DNA of 16,724 nucleotides from a virus (Duplodnaviria; Heunggongvirae; Uroviricota; Caudoviricetes): IMG/VR virus record IMGVR_UViG_2671180460_000005; one strand, 5' to 3'. Shown piece by piece: positions 15,916 to 16,724 of this stretch (position 1 is its first letter; each line of letters starts with the position of its first letter). The notes under the pieces were generated by a model. It saw only the letters and a program-made list of their open reading frames with translations, ran no database searches and was not told where the DNA came from. The position numbers and the translations under genes were made by a program.

Positions 15916-16724
15916 ATGTCCACACTCATCTCAGGGATTCTTGCTGATGGCGCTGGCCGTCCTATGTCCGGTCATCATATTCTTCTGAAAGCCCGACAGA
16001 ATACATCCGCAGTGGTCATGAGAACGGTGGCTACAGTGGTGACAGGTCCGGCAGGAGAATATGCTTTTGAAGCTCAGACCGGAAAATATGACGTTTATCT
16101 TCGGTCGTGTATTGAAAGGGAATACTGCGTCGGTGATATTTCGGTTTACCACGACTCAAAGCCCGGCACGCTGAACGATTTTCTGACTGCCCTGGATGAA
16201 GGCGACCTCAAACCCGACGTGGTGAAGCGATTTGAGGAAATGGTGGCGCAGGCGCAGCAGGGTGCCGAAACCGCAACAGAAAGCGAACGACAGGCAGGGC
16301 AACATGCGGATGCTGCCGCCCGGGCAAAAGAAGAGGTAAAAAAACTGGCGGAAGGTGTTCAGCAGAACGCCGACGCTGTTGCGGAGGGTAAACAACAGGC
16401 CGAAAATCTGGCCTCGCAGGTTGAGAATGCCGCCGCAGAGGTAAAAAAGGACGCTGAAGCTGCTAAACAGGCCGCATCCGGTGCAGAGCAGGCCAGAGCA
16501 GATATTGATACTGCGTTATCTGCGACACTGAAAACGGCGAATCGCCTGTCAGAGCTGGCTGATGAAGGTGAAGAGGCTCAGCAGGAATCCCGTGATAATC
16601 TTGGACTGAAAAGCGCAGCCACAATGACGCCACAGAGCGACATTCGTGACCGGACTGAAGGCCGTCTGGCGACACCTGGCGCATTTGGTTTTGGGCATAT
16701 TTTTCTGCCCGCAGAGCGTATCCG
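15916..16724 (+). CDS. Second side-tail-fibre-like protein, 3' truncated by window end; N-terminal domain paralogous to the Stf N-terminus
   Basis: Not in the supplied ORF track because it has no stop within the window. ATG at 15916 with GGGG 8 nt upstream, and the frame is open for 269 codons to the window end. Translation MSTLISGILADGAGRPMSGHHILLKARQNTSAVVMRTV...[56 protein letters not shown]... is colinear with the first roughly 115 aa of Stf at about 35-45 percent identity by eye, then continues into an Ala/Glu/Gln-rich coiled-coil-like segment. Confidence 0.8.
   Translation, partial: MSTLISGILADGAGRPMSGHHILLKARQNTSAVVMRTVATVVTGPAGEYAFEAQTGKYDVYLRSCIEREYCVGDISVYHDSKPGTLNDFLTALDEGDLKPDVVKRFEEMVAQAQQGAETATESERQAGQHADAAARAKEEVKKLAEGVQQNADAVAEGKQQAENLASQVENAAAEVKKDAEAAKQAASGAEQARADIDTALSATLKTANRLSELADEGEEAQQESRDNLGLKSAATMTPQSDIRDRTEGRLATPGAFGFGHIFLPAERI

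Noticed and set aside
12964-16724. Invertible host-range switch (Mu Gin/G or e14 Pin type) in the fibre region
   Set aside because: I found no inverted copy of the fibre C-terminus or tfa, no flanking inverted repeats and no invertase gene in the window; the second fibre gene is in the same orientation. Sequence beyond 16724 is not visible, so this is unsupported rather than disproved.

Overview
The window is one contiguous, co-directional (+ strand) late-gene block of a lambda-like siphovirus or prophage, probably from an enterobacterial host. Gene order and protein similarity follow phage lambda: a possible 3' end of the capsid gene, FI, FII, Z, U, V, G, the G-T frameshift product, the tape measure H, M, L, K, I, J, the moron lom, side tail fibre stf, its chaperone tfa, and the start of a second stf-like fibre gene that runs off the window end. 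All homology calls come from reading the translations and from my memory of lambda proteins; no database search was run. I found no defence system, CRISPR array, RNA gene, integrase or transposase, and no convincing minus-strand gene. The most unusual features are in the fibre region: a mosaic stf with a His-x-His repeat tip, a second divergent fibre gene in tandem, and hairpin plus T-tract elements at almost every module boundary. Also notable are a 1009-aa tape measure with an apparent TTG start, a non-canonical G-T slippery site, and a 103-nt K/I overlap.
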